Part shown: one piece after another, positions 20,659 to 30,465 of the stretch
Numbering within the stretch: position 1 is the first letter of the stretch
Layout of the letters: each line of letters begins with the position of its first letter
IMG/VR virus record: IMGVR_UViG_3300032227_001336
Span: 10,130-74,129 of that record
Origin: a virus
Lineage: Duplodnaviria; Caudoviricetes
DNA: 64,000 bases
Direction: 5' to 3' (one strand)
Notes under the pieces: generated by a model
What the model saw: the letters and a program-made list of their open reading frames with translations, nothing else
Told to the model about the DNA's origin: nothing
Database searches by the model: none
Translations under genes and position numbers: made by a program

Positions 20659-23600
20659 TTAATTAGAAAAGTTCTTAATATAAGTAGTAATGAACCTATT
20701 GTCTAATTTTAAAATATTAAAAATATCAAATTTTCCTGAAGCTTGAGTTATAAGTGGTGAAGCATCGGCTGGAAATCTGTAATTATTGCCAAAATTTAGA
20801 AAATTATTTCCATAATTACTTTGAATTACTTTTATAATTATCGTCTCGCCTTCTGGGATATTAATAGGATTATTTATAGTATTGTAAGTTGTTGCAAATC
20901 CAGTTAATTGATAAACAAAATTTCTACCAGATACATAATTTGGAGTAAATGAAATTCCAGAAGCATAAACTATATCTTTTTGAAAATAAACTTCTTTGCC
21001 GCTAACTAATGGCACAGATTGAAAGTTTTTAACTCCGCTTACAGTTTGATTTCCAGTAGTTCTTACTGTTGATCCTAAGTCTACTTGAGTAGCTTGTCCA
21101 CTTAAAAGAACGCCTGTTCCATTAACAAAAAGTCCACTAGTAAAATTACCGCTTCCATAAACTGTGAAATTATTACCAGAAATAACTAAAAAGTTATCTT
21201 GACTAGGATCGCCAAATACTGTATTATCTGCAAAACTTTTAATTCCAGAGATTGTTTGATTGCCAGTGAGTAGTACTACTTCTCCAATATTAGCTAAAAT
21301 ATTAGTTCCATTAATATTTTTAGATCTCCAAGTTCTATTGGTTGTAGTAGGAACAGTTGAATTATTGTATTGATACCAAGGATGAGATGAGAATGTTTTA
21401 CCATAGGTAACATACCAAATTTGCGTATCATCTTGATCAGCGCTGTAAACTTGCAAATACCAAGCCTGATCATCTTCTCCTCCCCAATATAAATTGCTAC
21501 TAGTTTGACCATTTGTAAATGGAGTATTTCCACCAGATGGTCTAGTCCAAACTCCATTAGCTTCAGCTATACCTGCGCCAGTTAAAGTAATGCTATATAA
21601 AAATTGATCAAGATTTTTATCAAAACCATCATTTAATGATATACGATCATTCTGAGTTTTTATATTTACATAGTTTGAATTTACAGAAGAGTCATTCATG
21701 TTTACAATGAAAGAGTTTCCAGTTGCAACTATATCACTTTTAAAATACGTTGGTGCTTGAAAATAACTATAACCATGGTAACGATTTGAGCTATAGTAAT
21801 CATTAGATCCTTTAAATAGCGTTGGACTATTAAATGTTACAGATGAATCAAAAGCTGCATTTTGTGCTACCCCTAAGTATCCACTGATTTTTGAAATTTC
21901 AGGATCATTAAATGAAACTAAACTTCTAACATAAGAAAAATTACCGCCACCACCACCTTGCCAAGAGCTAAATTTCATTAAGTAATAATTATTACTTACA
22001 AGATTCCACATTACGAGTTCTGCGTCAACAATATAATTACCAATTTGATTTTGAAAGATATCAACAAAATTATCATATTTTCTGCTTCTTATATTACTAA
22101 GATCACTCCATCCATCCAAATTCCATTTTGTATTTCTTGGGTTGATATAATCTGGATTAGTACTATCATTACCGAAATAAGTAGTACTATAATAATTATA
22201 TAATGGACCTATTGAGCCTCTTGTTAAAGCTATACCATCAAAAGCATCATATAGATTTCCAGTTTTTATAAATGAAACTGCTGCGCCAGTAGTAACGCTA
22301 TTATCTCTAGAGAAAGTTAAATTATTTCTTGGATTTAAAAGACCACTAATATAAGATCCAGTTGTGAAATTTAAATAGCCGCTAACATTAGGAGTATTAA
22401 ATGTTTTGATTCCATTTATAGTTTGATTTCCAGTAGTAAATACAATATTACTGCCAGTAGAATTTATATAACCACTAAGATTATCTATTTTTGTATTTAA
22501 ATTAGATCCAGTTAAAATAAGATTAGTTATTGTGGCAAATTTATTATCTGCAACGCCACTATAAGCTTGAATATCTTGTACTGATGCAATATCTGGTAGA
22601 GTAGATAAATCGCTATTTCTTGTGCTAAATCCAAATTTAAATTTTGTACTATGATCAAAACCAATAATTGGACCAGTATCATTTACTCCAGTTAATCCAC
22701 TTCCAGTAACAAAAAATATTCCACCATCAACTGCTCCACCAGTAATATTTAACAATAAATAATTACTTGCAAGATTAATTTGAGAAGTATTAACAATTGT
22801 TTCTGTTCCAGTAACATAAAGATTATTAATATAAACATTATCTCTAAAAGTTTTAACTCCACCAATACTTTGATTTCCATAAAGTAAAACTGAACTACCG
22901 CTTAGTGAATCTATTTTATTACTTAAAGTAGATCCTGTAGTATTTAAATTAGTCGATAAAGTTGACCCAGTACTTGCAAGATTCGTTGATAAAGTTGAAC
23001 CAGTACTCGCAAGATTGGTTGCTAATGTACTTCCAGTACCTGCAAGATTTGTGATTGTAGCGTAAGTAGAACTAGCTGCAGCAGAAGTCAGGTAAGAACT
23101 TAAATCTACCCCAGTAATTAATGGTTTACCAGAAATAGTTGGCATATTTGTTAAAGTTATACTGCCACTAACTATTTGAATATTTACGCCACTTAGTAAT
23201 ATGTTATCTGTATCTGAAAGATCAATTTGATTAAAAATTGCAGTTCCTGTGACAATTACATTGTTATTAAATGTTTTATTTCCAGAAATACTTTGATCAC
23301 CAGTAGTAAAAACAATATTGCTATTTGGAGAATTAATATAACCACTGAGATTATTTATCTTTGTGTTTAAAGTAGATCCAGTTAAAGCTAAATTAGCCGT
23401 TGTAGCATAAGAGCTTAAATCTATGCCAGTTAAAATTGGATTTCCAGAAATATAGATTTGACCATCTGAATAAATAGGAGTTTTATTTAATGTATAAACT
23501 CCAGTTTGATTTACTTCAAAGCTTTTAATTGAAACTCTTTGACTATATTCATTTAATCCGCTTTTATAAATTTTAAAACTATGTCCTAATCCAGAAGGAT

Positions 23601-25956
23601 AAAGAGAGCTATAATTATTTATATCTATATTACCTTTGAAATTAATATTTCCATCTACTTGATCTCCTGCTGCAGTTAAATTAATTTTTCCAAGACTAAA
23701 AGAACTTTTTCCAGGAGTTATATTGATGTCAGTTCCAAACATAGATGAGGAATAACCAGATATTAATAGATTTTCTTGATCTGCTGCGATTATGCTTTTT
23801 GTTTTAATAGAATCTTCAAAACTTTTAATTCCACTAACAGTTTGATTTCCTGTAGTTCTTACTGTTGTACTAAGATCAACTTGGGCAGCTTCGCCACTTA
23901 GTAAAACCCCTGTACCATTAACAGTTAGTCTAGAGTAGAAGTTTTTAATTCCAGAGATATTTTGATCTCCAATTTTAGCAACACCATTTATACGGTCTAC
24001 ATCAATAGGATCATTTCCATCAGTATAGTGAGAAATATTATGAGAATAAGTTGGATAGATTCTCATATTTCCACCAGACCAATTATTTAATGGTAGTGGA
24101 GCAGATGAACTCGAAGCTTGAACTATTGGAGATGCATCTACAAAAGAATTATTTACAGTGTACCACCATCTAGAAGTACCTGTATTAAAGTAAATTTCAA
24201 CGGGTTGGCCAGGATTTACTCCAGTGTAAAAATAATTTGGGTTGGGAAAAACTACTGGTCGATATTCTGGTTTAACTTCAAAACGAAATACTCCTGGACC
24301 AGAAAATCCAGCAAAAAAAGTTGAAGGTTGATTTAGTGAATTAAATGTAACTGTTGAAACTATATCTTGATCTACAAATCTTTTTTGACCACTTATATTT
24401 TGGTTTCCAGTAGTAAATACAATATTACTACCAGTAGAATTTATATAACCACTAAGATTATTGATATTATTTTGTAAAGTTGAACCTGTTAAAGCTAAAT
24501 TATTAGAAATAGCTGTATCTTGATAATCAACATAACCGCTTAAATTGTTTATTTTGTTATTTAAAGCTATTCCTGTGCTTCTAATATCATTTAGATCAGA
24601 TGATAAGTTTGCTATTTTGCTTTGATTTATGTTTGCGTTATTATCAACATCATTATCAAAAATTCCAGTAGCAGGACTTTGGAAAACTCCATTAACTACT
24701 TTAACAACTCCATTACCTGCGACTGATGGAATTGTTGTATGAACGTGACTTGGTCTGTAGGAGTCAAAATAAAGAGTAATCCTTCTATTATTTGTTGTGT
24801 ATTTTTTACCAAAAAATTGTATATAAATTCTTTCATTATTTGCTATGCCAGTTTGAGGTACTGTTGCATTTAAAATATATTGAGCAATAGTATCCGTTTC
24901 GTATAGGTAAACATCATCAGTTGATGCTAAGTAGCGATAAGTAGAGTTCGTAGGATTATATATATTAACTACTGCTCTAATTGAACATTGAATTGCACTT
25001 GCACTATCTACACTAGCCCAAATATTAAAATCCCAAAGTCCAGCAGGAATATTTGTTACTTGAGGATTTCCACTAGCTGTAACAAAACTACATAATAATC
25101 TTTCTACAAATCTTGGATCTAATTCGTTACTTGTAGCTTGTCCAGATCCTACAGAATATTCTATTCCTAATAAAGAAAGTGCATGATCGCCAGTAGTTGG
25201 TAATCCGCCCGTTGGAGCTATTCCACTTCTATTAGCAAAATCAAAATAATAAACTAATCCACCACCACCATTACCACCAGCAGGTATTGTTCCAGCTGCC
25301 CAAGATGTTCCATTCCATTCTAATACTTGACCAGCCGCTGGTGTTGCTGAAAGATCAACTTTATATCCTTGGAGTTTATTTATTGTTGGATGAGGCAAGT
25401 AGCCAGTTAAATCTCCACTAATTATTGCATCACCACTTAATAAAACTGGAGTTGTACTAACAGTAGGTCTCGTTGTAAAATCTTTTAATCCACTTATAGT
25501 TTGATCACCAGTTGTATAAACTATTGTTGTTGGAAGACTTGCTGCTTCGCCACTTAAAAGAACTCCTGTACCATTTACAGTCGGACGAGAATAAAAATTC
25601 TTAATTCCAGATACATTTTGATCACCAGTTGTATAAACAATGGTATTTGGCAAACTAAAGTTAACAACTTCACCGCTTAATAATACTCCTGTGCCATTTA
25701 CAGTCGGACGATTTGTTAAACTAACTTCACCGTTTATAATATTTATATCTACTCCAGAAATAGTTAGAGTATCAATATTATTTAAATCAAGAGCATTAAA
25801 AATTCCACTTCCAGAAACATTAATATTATCAACAAAAAATTTATTACCAGATATAATTTGGTCGCCAGTATTATAAACTAAATTAGGCGCAGTAGCCTCA
25901 TAAGAAAATCTTCCAGTGCTGCTTACTAACGTTTTAGCTTTAAAAATCTGTGCCAT
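20659..25956 (-). CDS. Long tail fibre protein
   Basis: 1765 aa; recurrent VYTTGDQxISGxKxF and RPTVNGTGVLLSGE repeats, NLSGY knuckles, 11-aa NLASTGSTL repeats. Confidence 0.8.
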   Translation of the reverse strand: MAQIFKAKTLVSSTGRFSYEATAPNLVYNTGDQIISGNKFFVDNINVSGSGIFNALDLNNIDTLTISGVDINIINGEVSLTNRPTVNGTGVLLSGEVVNFSLPNTIVYTTGDQNVSGIKNFYSRPTVNGTGVLLSGEAASLPTTIVYTTGDQTISGLKDFTTRPTVSTTPVLLSGDAIISGDLTGYLPHPTINKLQGYKVDLSATPAAGQVLEWNGTSWAAGTIPAGGNGGGGLVYYFDFANRSGIAPTGGLPTTGDHALSLLGIEYSVGSGQATSNELDPRFVERLLCSFVTASGNPQVTNIPAGLWDFNIWASVDSASAIQCSIRAVVNIYNPTNSTYRYLASTDDVYLYETDTIAQYILNATVPQTGIANNERIYIQFFGKKYTTNNRRITLYFDSYRPSHVHTTIPSVAGNGVVKVVNGVFQSPATGIFDNDVDNNANINQSKIANLSSDLNDIRSTGIALNNKINNLSGYVDYQDTAISNNLALTGSTLQNNINNLSGYINSTGSNIVFTTGNQNISGQKRFVDQDIVSTVTFNSLNQPSTFFAGFSGPGVFRFEVKPEYRPVVFPNPNYFYTGVNPGQPVEIYFNTGTSRWWYTVNNSFVDASPIVQASSSSAPLPLNNWSGGNMRIYPTYSHNISHYTDGNDPIDVDRINGVAKIGDQNISGIKNFYSRLTVNGTGVLLSGEAAQVDLSTTVRTTGNQTVSGIKSFEDSIKTKSIIAADQENLLISGYSSSMFGTDINITPGKSSFSLGKINLTAAGDQVDGNINFKGNIDINNYSSLYPSGLGHSFKIYKSGLNEYSQRVSIKSFEVNQTGVYTLNKTPIYSDGQIYISGNPILTGIDLSSYATTANLALTGSTLNTKINNLSGYINSPNSNIVFTTGDQSISGNKTFNNNVIVTGTAIFNQIDLSDTDNILLSGVNIQIVSGSITLTNMPTISGKPLITGVDLSSYLTSAAASSTYATITNLAGTGSTLATNLASTGSTLSTNLASTGSTLSTNLNTTGSTLSNKIDSLSGSSVLLYGNQSIGGVKTFRDNVYINNLYVTGTETIVNTSQINLASNYLLLNITGGAVDGGIFFVTGSGLTGVNDTGPIIGFDHSTKFKFGFSTRNSDLSTLPDIASVQDIQAYSGVADNKFATITNLILTGSNLNTKIDNLSGYINSTGSNIVFTTGNQTINGIKTFNTPNVSGYLNFTTGSYISGLLNPRNNLTFSRDNSVTTGAAVSFIKTGNLYDAFDGIALTRGSIGPLYNYYSTTYFGNDSTNPDYINPRNTKWNLDGWSDLSNIRSRKYDNFVDIFQNQIGNYIVDAELVMWNLVSNNYYLMKFSSWQGGGGGNFSYVRSLVSFNDPEISKISGYLGVAQNAAFDSSVTFNSPTLFKGSNDYYSSNRYHGYSYFQAPTYFKSDIVATGNSFIVNMNDSSVNSNYVNIKTQNDRISLNDGFDKNLDQFLYSITLTGAGIAEANGVWTRPSGGNTPFTNGQTSSNLYWGGEDDQAWYLQVYSADQDDTQIWYVTYGKTFSSHPWYQYNNSTVPTTTNRTWRSKNINGTNILANIGEVVLLTGNQTISGIKSFADNTVFGDPSQDNFLVISGNNFTVYGSGNFTSGLFVNGTGVLLSGQATQVDLGSTVRTTGNQTVSGVKNFQSVPLVSGKEVYFQKDIVYASGISFTPNYVSGRNFVYQLTGFATTYNTINNPINIPEGETIIIKVIQSNYGNNFLNFGNNYRFPADASPLITQASGKFDIFNILKLDNRFITTYIKNFSN
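22427..22484. repeat. Near-identical ~58-nt direct repeat in the fibre gene (second copy 24404-24461)
   Basis: TTTCCAGTAGTAAATACAATATTACT(G/A)CCAGTAGAATTTATATAACCACTAAGATTAT at both sites; diverged copy near 23300-23355. Confidence 0.85.
22930..23050 (-). repeat. 33-nt tandem coding repeat (NLASTGSTLST)
   Basis: Four 11-aa units in the fibre; the same unit recurs at about 26360-26520. Confidence 0.85.
25430..25712 (-). repeat. ~117-123-nt tandem coding repeats at the fibre N-terminus
   Basis: TGATCACCAGTTGTATAAAC at 25502 and 25619; CCATTTACAGTCGGACG twice. Confidence 0.8.
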
Positions 25957-26070
25957 TTTTCTTTTTATTCCTTTTGTTGGTTTTTAGGCCAATCTGTCGC
26001 TTTTTACGGCGAACTAAAGAGTAAAAGAATTATTAATTCTATTATTCTAGTGAATATTACACTAGATAAC

Positions 26071-26850
26071 TTATTGTGTAGAAGCAAAAGTATGGATTTT
26101 TACATTACTTTCTAAAACATTGTCAGAAAGTAATCCTGTGTATCCAGTGAAACCAACTGATTGTACAGATAAATTATACATTACATCTCCAGCAACTTCA
26201 AGAGTTGCTTGTACTTTTGGTGGTATTACACCGCCAAAGGGTACTGGATAATTAATTGAATATGCATCTGCTCCAGGAGTTAAAGAGGTTGTAAATACTT
26301 GGTTGCTTGTTTTTGCAACGAATGTTGCATTTGCGTAACCACTTAAAGTATTAATGTTTGTTTGTAAAGTACTTCCAGTAGAAGCTAGGTTAGTAGCTAA
26401 TGTGCTTCCAGTAGAAGCAAGATTGGCGGCTAGTGTACTACCAGTTGAAGCGAGATTGCTTGCTAATGTGCTACCAGTTGAAGCAAGGTTTTGACTTAAA
26501 GTAGTTCCTGTTAAATTAAGATTTGAAGTTAAAGTATTAATTAAACCTTGAAAATATCCACTATTTCCTACTATTGTAATTTCGTTAGTTCCAGTATTTA
26601 CTTGGATAGTGATTCCATCTGAACCAGTTATATTAACATTTCCTGATAAACCATTTATACTATTTACGTCTGCTGTTGCTGTATTAATTAAACTTTGTAA
26701 ATAACCGCTAATTCCAGTAAGTTCGCTGTAGTAAGCTAAACCACTATTTCCGAAGCCAAGTCTTAGTGATGAACTGCCGTCCCAAACTGCACTTTGAACT
26801 GGAGTTAAATTATTTCCACTTAGTCTGATATGTTTAAATGCGCTTATCAT
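26071..26850 (-). CDS. Short fibre-associated protein with 11-aa coiled-coil repeats
   Basis: VNSINGLSGNV motif, five NLxxTGxTL repeats, small beta C-terminal domain. Confidence 0.7.
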   Translation of the reverse strand: MISAFKHIRLSGNNLTPVQSAVWDGSSSLRLGFGNSGLAYYSELTGISGYLQSLINTATADVNSINGLSGNVNITGSDGITIQVNTGTNEITIVGNSGYFQGLINTLTSNLNLTGTTLSQNLASTGSTLASNLASTGSTLAANLASTGSTLATNLASTGSTLQTNINTLSGYANATFVAKTSNQVFTTSLTPGADAYSINYPVPFGGVIPPKVQATLEVAGDVMYNLSVQSVGFTGYTGLLSDNVLESNVKIHTFASTQ

Positions 26851-26887
26851 AAATTAATATTTCCTTTCATACTATTACACAGATATT

Positions 26888-27439
26888 TTATTTTTTAACT
26901 TGAATATTTAAATAATAACCATTATTTAATAGAGTATCGCTAAAGTTTATATAAAAACCAGTAGAATTTATATTCCCCATGTTAAAATAGTAGGCCATAT
27001 CATCTATTGTATTCTGAAAAGTACAAACTACAGACTTTGGAGTAGAGGGTAATACTTGAGGAAATTGAACATAATAACTATCAGATCCTTGAGGTGTTAA
27101 ATTAGCTCTATATCCAATTACATTTTCTGCTTCAAAATAGCCACTTAATGGTGATGCATCAATTTTTATTGATTTATAAGGATTTAAATTTGGATTAGTT
27201 AATATTGAAATTCCTGTACCAGCAATAAATTGTAAAGTTTCTGCTCCAGTTGGAATTAAAGTTGGTTGTCCAGTTACGTTTATTATTTTGAAAAGATCAG
27301 CAGCACCAGATGGTCCTGGAGGACCTTGTGGACCATCCGCACCAGGAATAAAAACATTAGCATTTTCAGGAAAACTTGGAGAAGTTACATCCGTTGTGAT
27401 TGCGTTTGGCAAAATTACGTCTACGATTACATCTGCCAT
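26888..27439 (-). CDS. Fibre-associated protein with short collagen-like stretch
   Basis: GADGPQGPPGPSG; C-terminal beta domain resembling that of 26071-26850. Confidence 0.65.
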   Translation of the reverse strand: MADVIVDVILPNAITTDVTSPSFPENANVFIPGADGPQGPPGPSGAADLFKIINVTGQPTLIPTGAETLQFIAGTGISILTNPNLNPYKSIKIDASPLSGYFEAENVIGYRANLTPQGSDSYYVQFPQVLPSTPKSVVCTFQNTIDDMAYYFNMGNINSTGFYINFSDTLLNNGYYLNIQVKK

Positions 27440-27443
27440 AAAA

Positions 27444-27845
27444 TTAAAAAGATGTTACTTCTGGACTTACAATAAACTTGCCTCGAATTAATTTTATAGA
27501 ATTACCAGTTGGTACTCCATAAGGAAATCTTTCTATATCGTAAACAAATGTTCCAACTGGAACACTTGCCATAGTATATGAGGATACATCTACATTAATT
27601 AATCCAGAAGCATAAAGATTGCCACTAACTCCGCTATTAATTACTGGATTTAAATTCAATATATATCCAGATATATAATTTCCAGATTCATCTAATGCTG
27701 GTGGCGATGCAAAATAAGCGTATTTAACTACGCCTCTAACATCATATCCGCTTAAATTTATTGGGGTATAATTTTGATTCTTTACAGCAAGAGTTAATTG
27801 TAAGTGATCACCTTGAATTGTGTTTATATTATACGAAGTAGCCAT
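27444..27845 (-). CDS. Putative fibre-attachment beta-sandwich protein (BppU-N/LtfC-like)
   Basis: I.QGD...L.....PINLSGY...GTFVYDIE...LIRGKF.VSPEVT pattern; start set to ATG 27845, 9 nt after GTGTAA. Confidence 0.6.
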   Translation of the reverse strand: MATSYNINTIQGDHLQLTLAVKNQNYTPINLSGYDVRGVVKYAYFASPPALDESGNYISGYILNLNPVINSGVSGNLYASGLINVDVSSYTMASVPVGTFVYDIERFPYGVPTGNSIKLIRGKFIVSPEVTSF

Positions 27846-27882
27846 ATAATACAATTACACTTCAATTATAATTTATTATTAA

Positions 27883-28230
27883 TTATCTACCTTCAGACAG
27901 AATATCTTTTGTTTTTTTATCTATTTTAGCTTCAGATTTCTCTGTTTTTGGTATTCTGTATGTTGATACGTATTTCTTAAATTCTGATATTAATCTTTTT
28001 GTAAGCATTTCTCTGTCGTCAATTGGGACTAGATCTAACTTTGCTGCGTGAGCTTGTAAATCGGTTTTATTTAATTCATATAAATAGCTAACGTACTCTT
28101 TCTCGTCTAGAGTCTTGTATCGAGCTAAACCGTTATCGCCCCATACTTGATCTAATGTTTTATACTCAAAACCCTCTAATTTTCCATGGGTTTGAGATAA
28201 GTTTTGTAATTTAGTTTTGCCTTTTTTCAT
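27883..28230 (-). CDS. Hypothetical protein
   Basis: 115-aa ORF with AAGGA SD. Confidence 0.8.
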   Translation of the reverse strand: MKKGKTKLQNLSQTHGKLEGFEYKTLDQVWGDNGLARYKTLDEKEYVSYLYELNKTDLQAHAAKLDLVPIDDREMLTKRLISEFKKYVSTYRIPKTEKSEAKIDKKTKDILSEGR

Positions 28231-28246
28231 ATTTATTCCTTATTAT

Positions 28247-28275
28247 ATTATACTTTAATAATGGGAAATTTCTAA
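28247..28275 (-). promoter_or_regulatory. Possible sigma70-type promoter
   Basis: Minus strand TTAGAA-17 nt-TATAAT upstream of 28230; AT-rich context lowers certainty. Confidence 0.4.
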
Positions 28276-28292
28276 TTTAAAATAATATATAA

Positions 28293-28961
28293 TTACTGAA
28301 ATGAGGTTTTGAGAGTGTCACCAAAATTTATGATGCGTCCTTGATCTAAATGTAAATCTCCAAAATTAATAACTCCATCTTGGAGTAATTCTCCTTGAGA
28401 ATTTGGCGCAGTAATTATTACTTGTTGTAGAGTTACGATTTGATTCTGCGCTTGTGGAAGAAAAATATTTTGCATCCACTGTACAGTAAGATTAAATTGT
28501 CGCTCAAAAATTTTACCTTGCGCATCAAAAGCGCTTGGAAGTTGAGGGGCTTCTAAAAGAAATGTTCTTAAATTAACGGACCACTCAACAGTATATGGTA
28601 CTTGATTTAAAACTGCTACAACTGGATTATCGGTGAATTGATAATAAAAAGCTGGGTAGCTTACTCTATCAAGATGAGCGGTTACTGATATTGTGGCATT
28701 ATTAACAGTATTAGAATTAAAAGTACCAGCGAAACAAGTATATCCTCCACCTTGAGGAACCTCTCCTTGTATTAAAGGAATACTAGACCAACTTTGGATA
28801 TAAATTTGTCTAACTGGTCTAACTGGACCGCTCGGATGATTTATATTCCACTGTCTATCTATTTCTGCAGCAAGAGCATACGCCTCTGCTGCTCCTCTGC
28901 TTAGGCCATAATTTTCAGAAAGGCTAACTTCAGACAAATCCTGCATTTTCCCTGGCGGCAT
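28293..28961 (-). CDS. Hypothetical protein, paralog of 29007-29675
   Basis: 222 aa; shares GGGYTCFAGTFNSNTVNNATISVT and EWSVNLRTFLLEAP. Confidence 0.85.
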   Translation of the reverse strand: MPPGKMQDLSEVSLSENYGLSRGAAEAYALAAEIDRQWNINHPSGPVRPVRQIYIQSWSSIPLIQGEVPQGGGYTCFAGTFNSNTVNNATISVTAHLDRVSYPAFYYQFTDNPVVAVLNQVPYTVEWSVNLRTFLLEAPQLPSAFDAQGKIFERQFNLTVQWMQNIFLPQAQNQIVTLQQVIITAPNSQGELLQDGVINFGDLHLDQGRIINFGDTLKTSFQ

Positions 28962-29006
28962 ATAATCTCCTATATTTTACCATCAAACTAATCAAATGTT
29001 TTTAAA

Positions 29007-29675
29007 TTACGGAAGTGAGGTTTTACCAGTGTCACCAAAGTTTATGATATGTCCTTGATCTAAATGTAAATCTCCAAAATTAAGAGATCCATCTTCAATT
29101 AAATCTCCTGGAGAATCTGGCGCACTAATTATTACTTGTTGTATAATTACGATTTGATTCTGTGCCTGTGGAAGAAAAGTATTCTGAATCCATTGTGTAA
29201 GAAGATTAAATTTTTGCTCAAAAATTTTACCTTGAGCATCAAACGCTCCTGGAAGTTTAGGAGCTTCTAAAAGAAATGTTCTTAAATTAACAGACCATTC
29301 TAAAGTATACGGTATTTGATTTAGAGTTGCTGCAACTGGATTGTCTGTGAATTGATAATAAAAAGCTGGGTAATTTATTCTATCAATATGAAGAGTCACT
29401 GATATTGTTGCGTTATTGACTGTGTTAGAATTAAAAGTACCAGCAAAACAAGTGTAGCCTCCTCCAGCAGGAACTTCGCCTTGGTAGGAAGGCATACTTG
29501 TAAAAGATGTATATGAAAGTTGTCTAACTGGTCTTCGGGGACCAGTCGGATGAGTTCTGTTCCATTCATTATCGAGTTTCATTGCGATAGCTTCTGCTGC
29601 TACTGCGCCTGCACTTTTTCCATAATTGGTGTTTAAGCAATCGTCACTATCGTATTTTACCCATCCGTCTGACAT
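29007..29675 (-). CDS. Hypothetical protein, paralog of 28293-28961
   Basis: 222 aa, colinear with its neighbour. Confidence 0.85.
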   Translation of the reverse strand: MSDGWVKYDSDDCLNTNYGKSAGAVAAEAIAMKLDNEWNRTHPTGPRRPVRQLSYTSFTSMPSYQGEVPAGGGYTCFAGTFNSNTVNNATISVTLHIDRINYPAFYYQFTDNPVAATLNQIPYTLEWSVNLRTFLLEAPKLPGAFDAQGKIFEQKFNLLTQWIQNTFLPQAQNQIVIIQQVIISAPDSPGDLIEDGSLNFGDLHLDQGHIINFGDTGKTSLP

Positions 29676-29691
29676 GTAATTCCCTATCTCC

Positions 29692-30348
29692 TTAGCACCA
29701 AACTATGCAAGGATTAAAAATTGGCGCAATGGGTTGCGCATTAAACGGTGTTGGATTATTTGGTCTTGGCCAGAGTAAATTTCCTTTTATATCAAATGAT
29801 CCATATCCACATGGATATCCATCTGCACCGTAAGCATCACTAGTTCCTAATGGACATCCTTCAAAATGACCATCTGTATAGTATGTTACTGTTGTAGTTT
29901 TAGTCCAAACTGGTTGATTATACTTATTACCTTTTGGTAGATAAGCTCCTTTATCTTTTAATCCAATAGCTGCTTCAATTAAATCTTGCCAATCACTATC
30001 TGAGCATTCAGATATTACTTGAGCTAATCCGTTATCTGTGCTAGCTCCATTTAACCATCCTTCTCCATGTTCTTGAATATATTCATTAGCTTTACTTATA
30101 ACTGCTCCAGGAATAGGTTGAGTTAAAGATATAGATGGACTTACATTTACGTTTTGTACTGTACAAGTTAATCCGTTTACTTTTGCTTCAACTTTATAAG
30201 TAACAGTTCCGACTTGGATAGAAGGAGATGTAGGAGGTGCTCCAGCGCTATCAACATCTTCTTCTACTGTTGGCTCTTTTAATGCATCAAACGTTTCATA
30301 AATATCACAAGCATTAGGAGAGCAATAAAAATCTGAACAATTTGGCAT
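29692..30348 (-). CDS. Cys/Pro-rich hypothetical protein
   Basis: 218 aa; GTGTAA 9 nt upstream. Confidence 0.8.
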   Translation of the reverse strand: MPNCSDFYCSPNACDIYETFDALKEPTVEEDVDSAGAPPTSPSIQVGTVTYKVEAKVNGLTCTVQNVNVSPSISLTQPIPGAVISKANEYIQEHGEGWLNGASTDNGLAQVISECSDSDWQDLIEAAIGLKDKGAYLPKGNKYNQPVWTKTTTVTYYTDGHFEGCPLGTSDAYGADGYPCGYGSFDIKGNLLWPRPNNPTPFNAQPIAPIFNPCIVWC

Positions 30349-30404
30349 ATACTTATATTACACTTTTTTTAAAAAAAAATCTAAAATACTTTAACCTAGT
30401 ATAT

Positions 30405-30441
30405 AAAAAAAGAATCTGGTAGGGATAAACCTACCAGATTC
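30405..30441 (-). terminator. Intrinsic terminator after major capsid gene
   Basis: Perfect 12-bp stem GAATCTGGTAGG/CCTACCAGATTC, 6-nt loop, T7 tail on minus strand. Confidence 0.9.
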
Positions 30442-30465
30442 CTTTATGCTAAACTTTTTTAAAAT

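Noticed and set aside
28293-29675. Diversity-generating retroelement TR/VR pair
   Set aside because: Differences are not adenine-specific, both copies are full ORFs, and no reverse transcriptase is in the window
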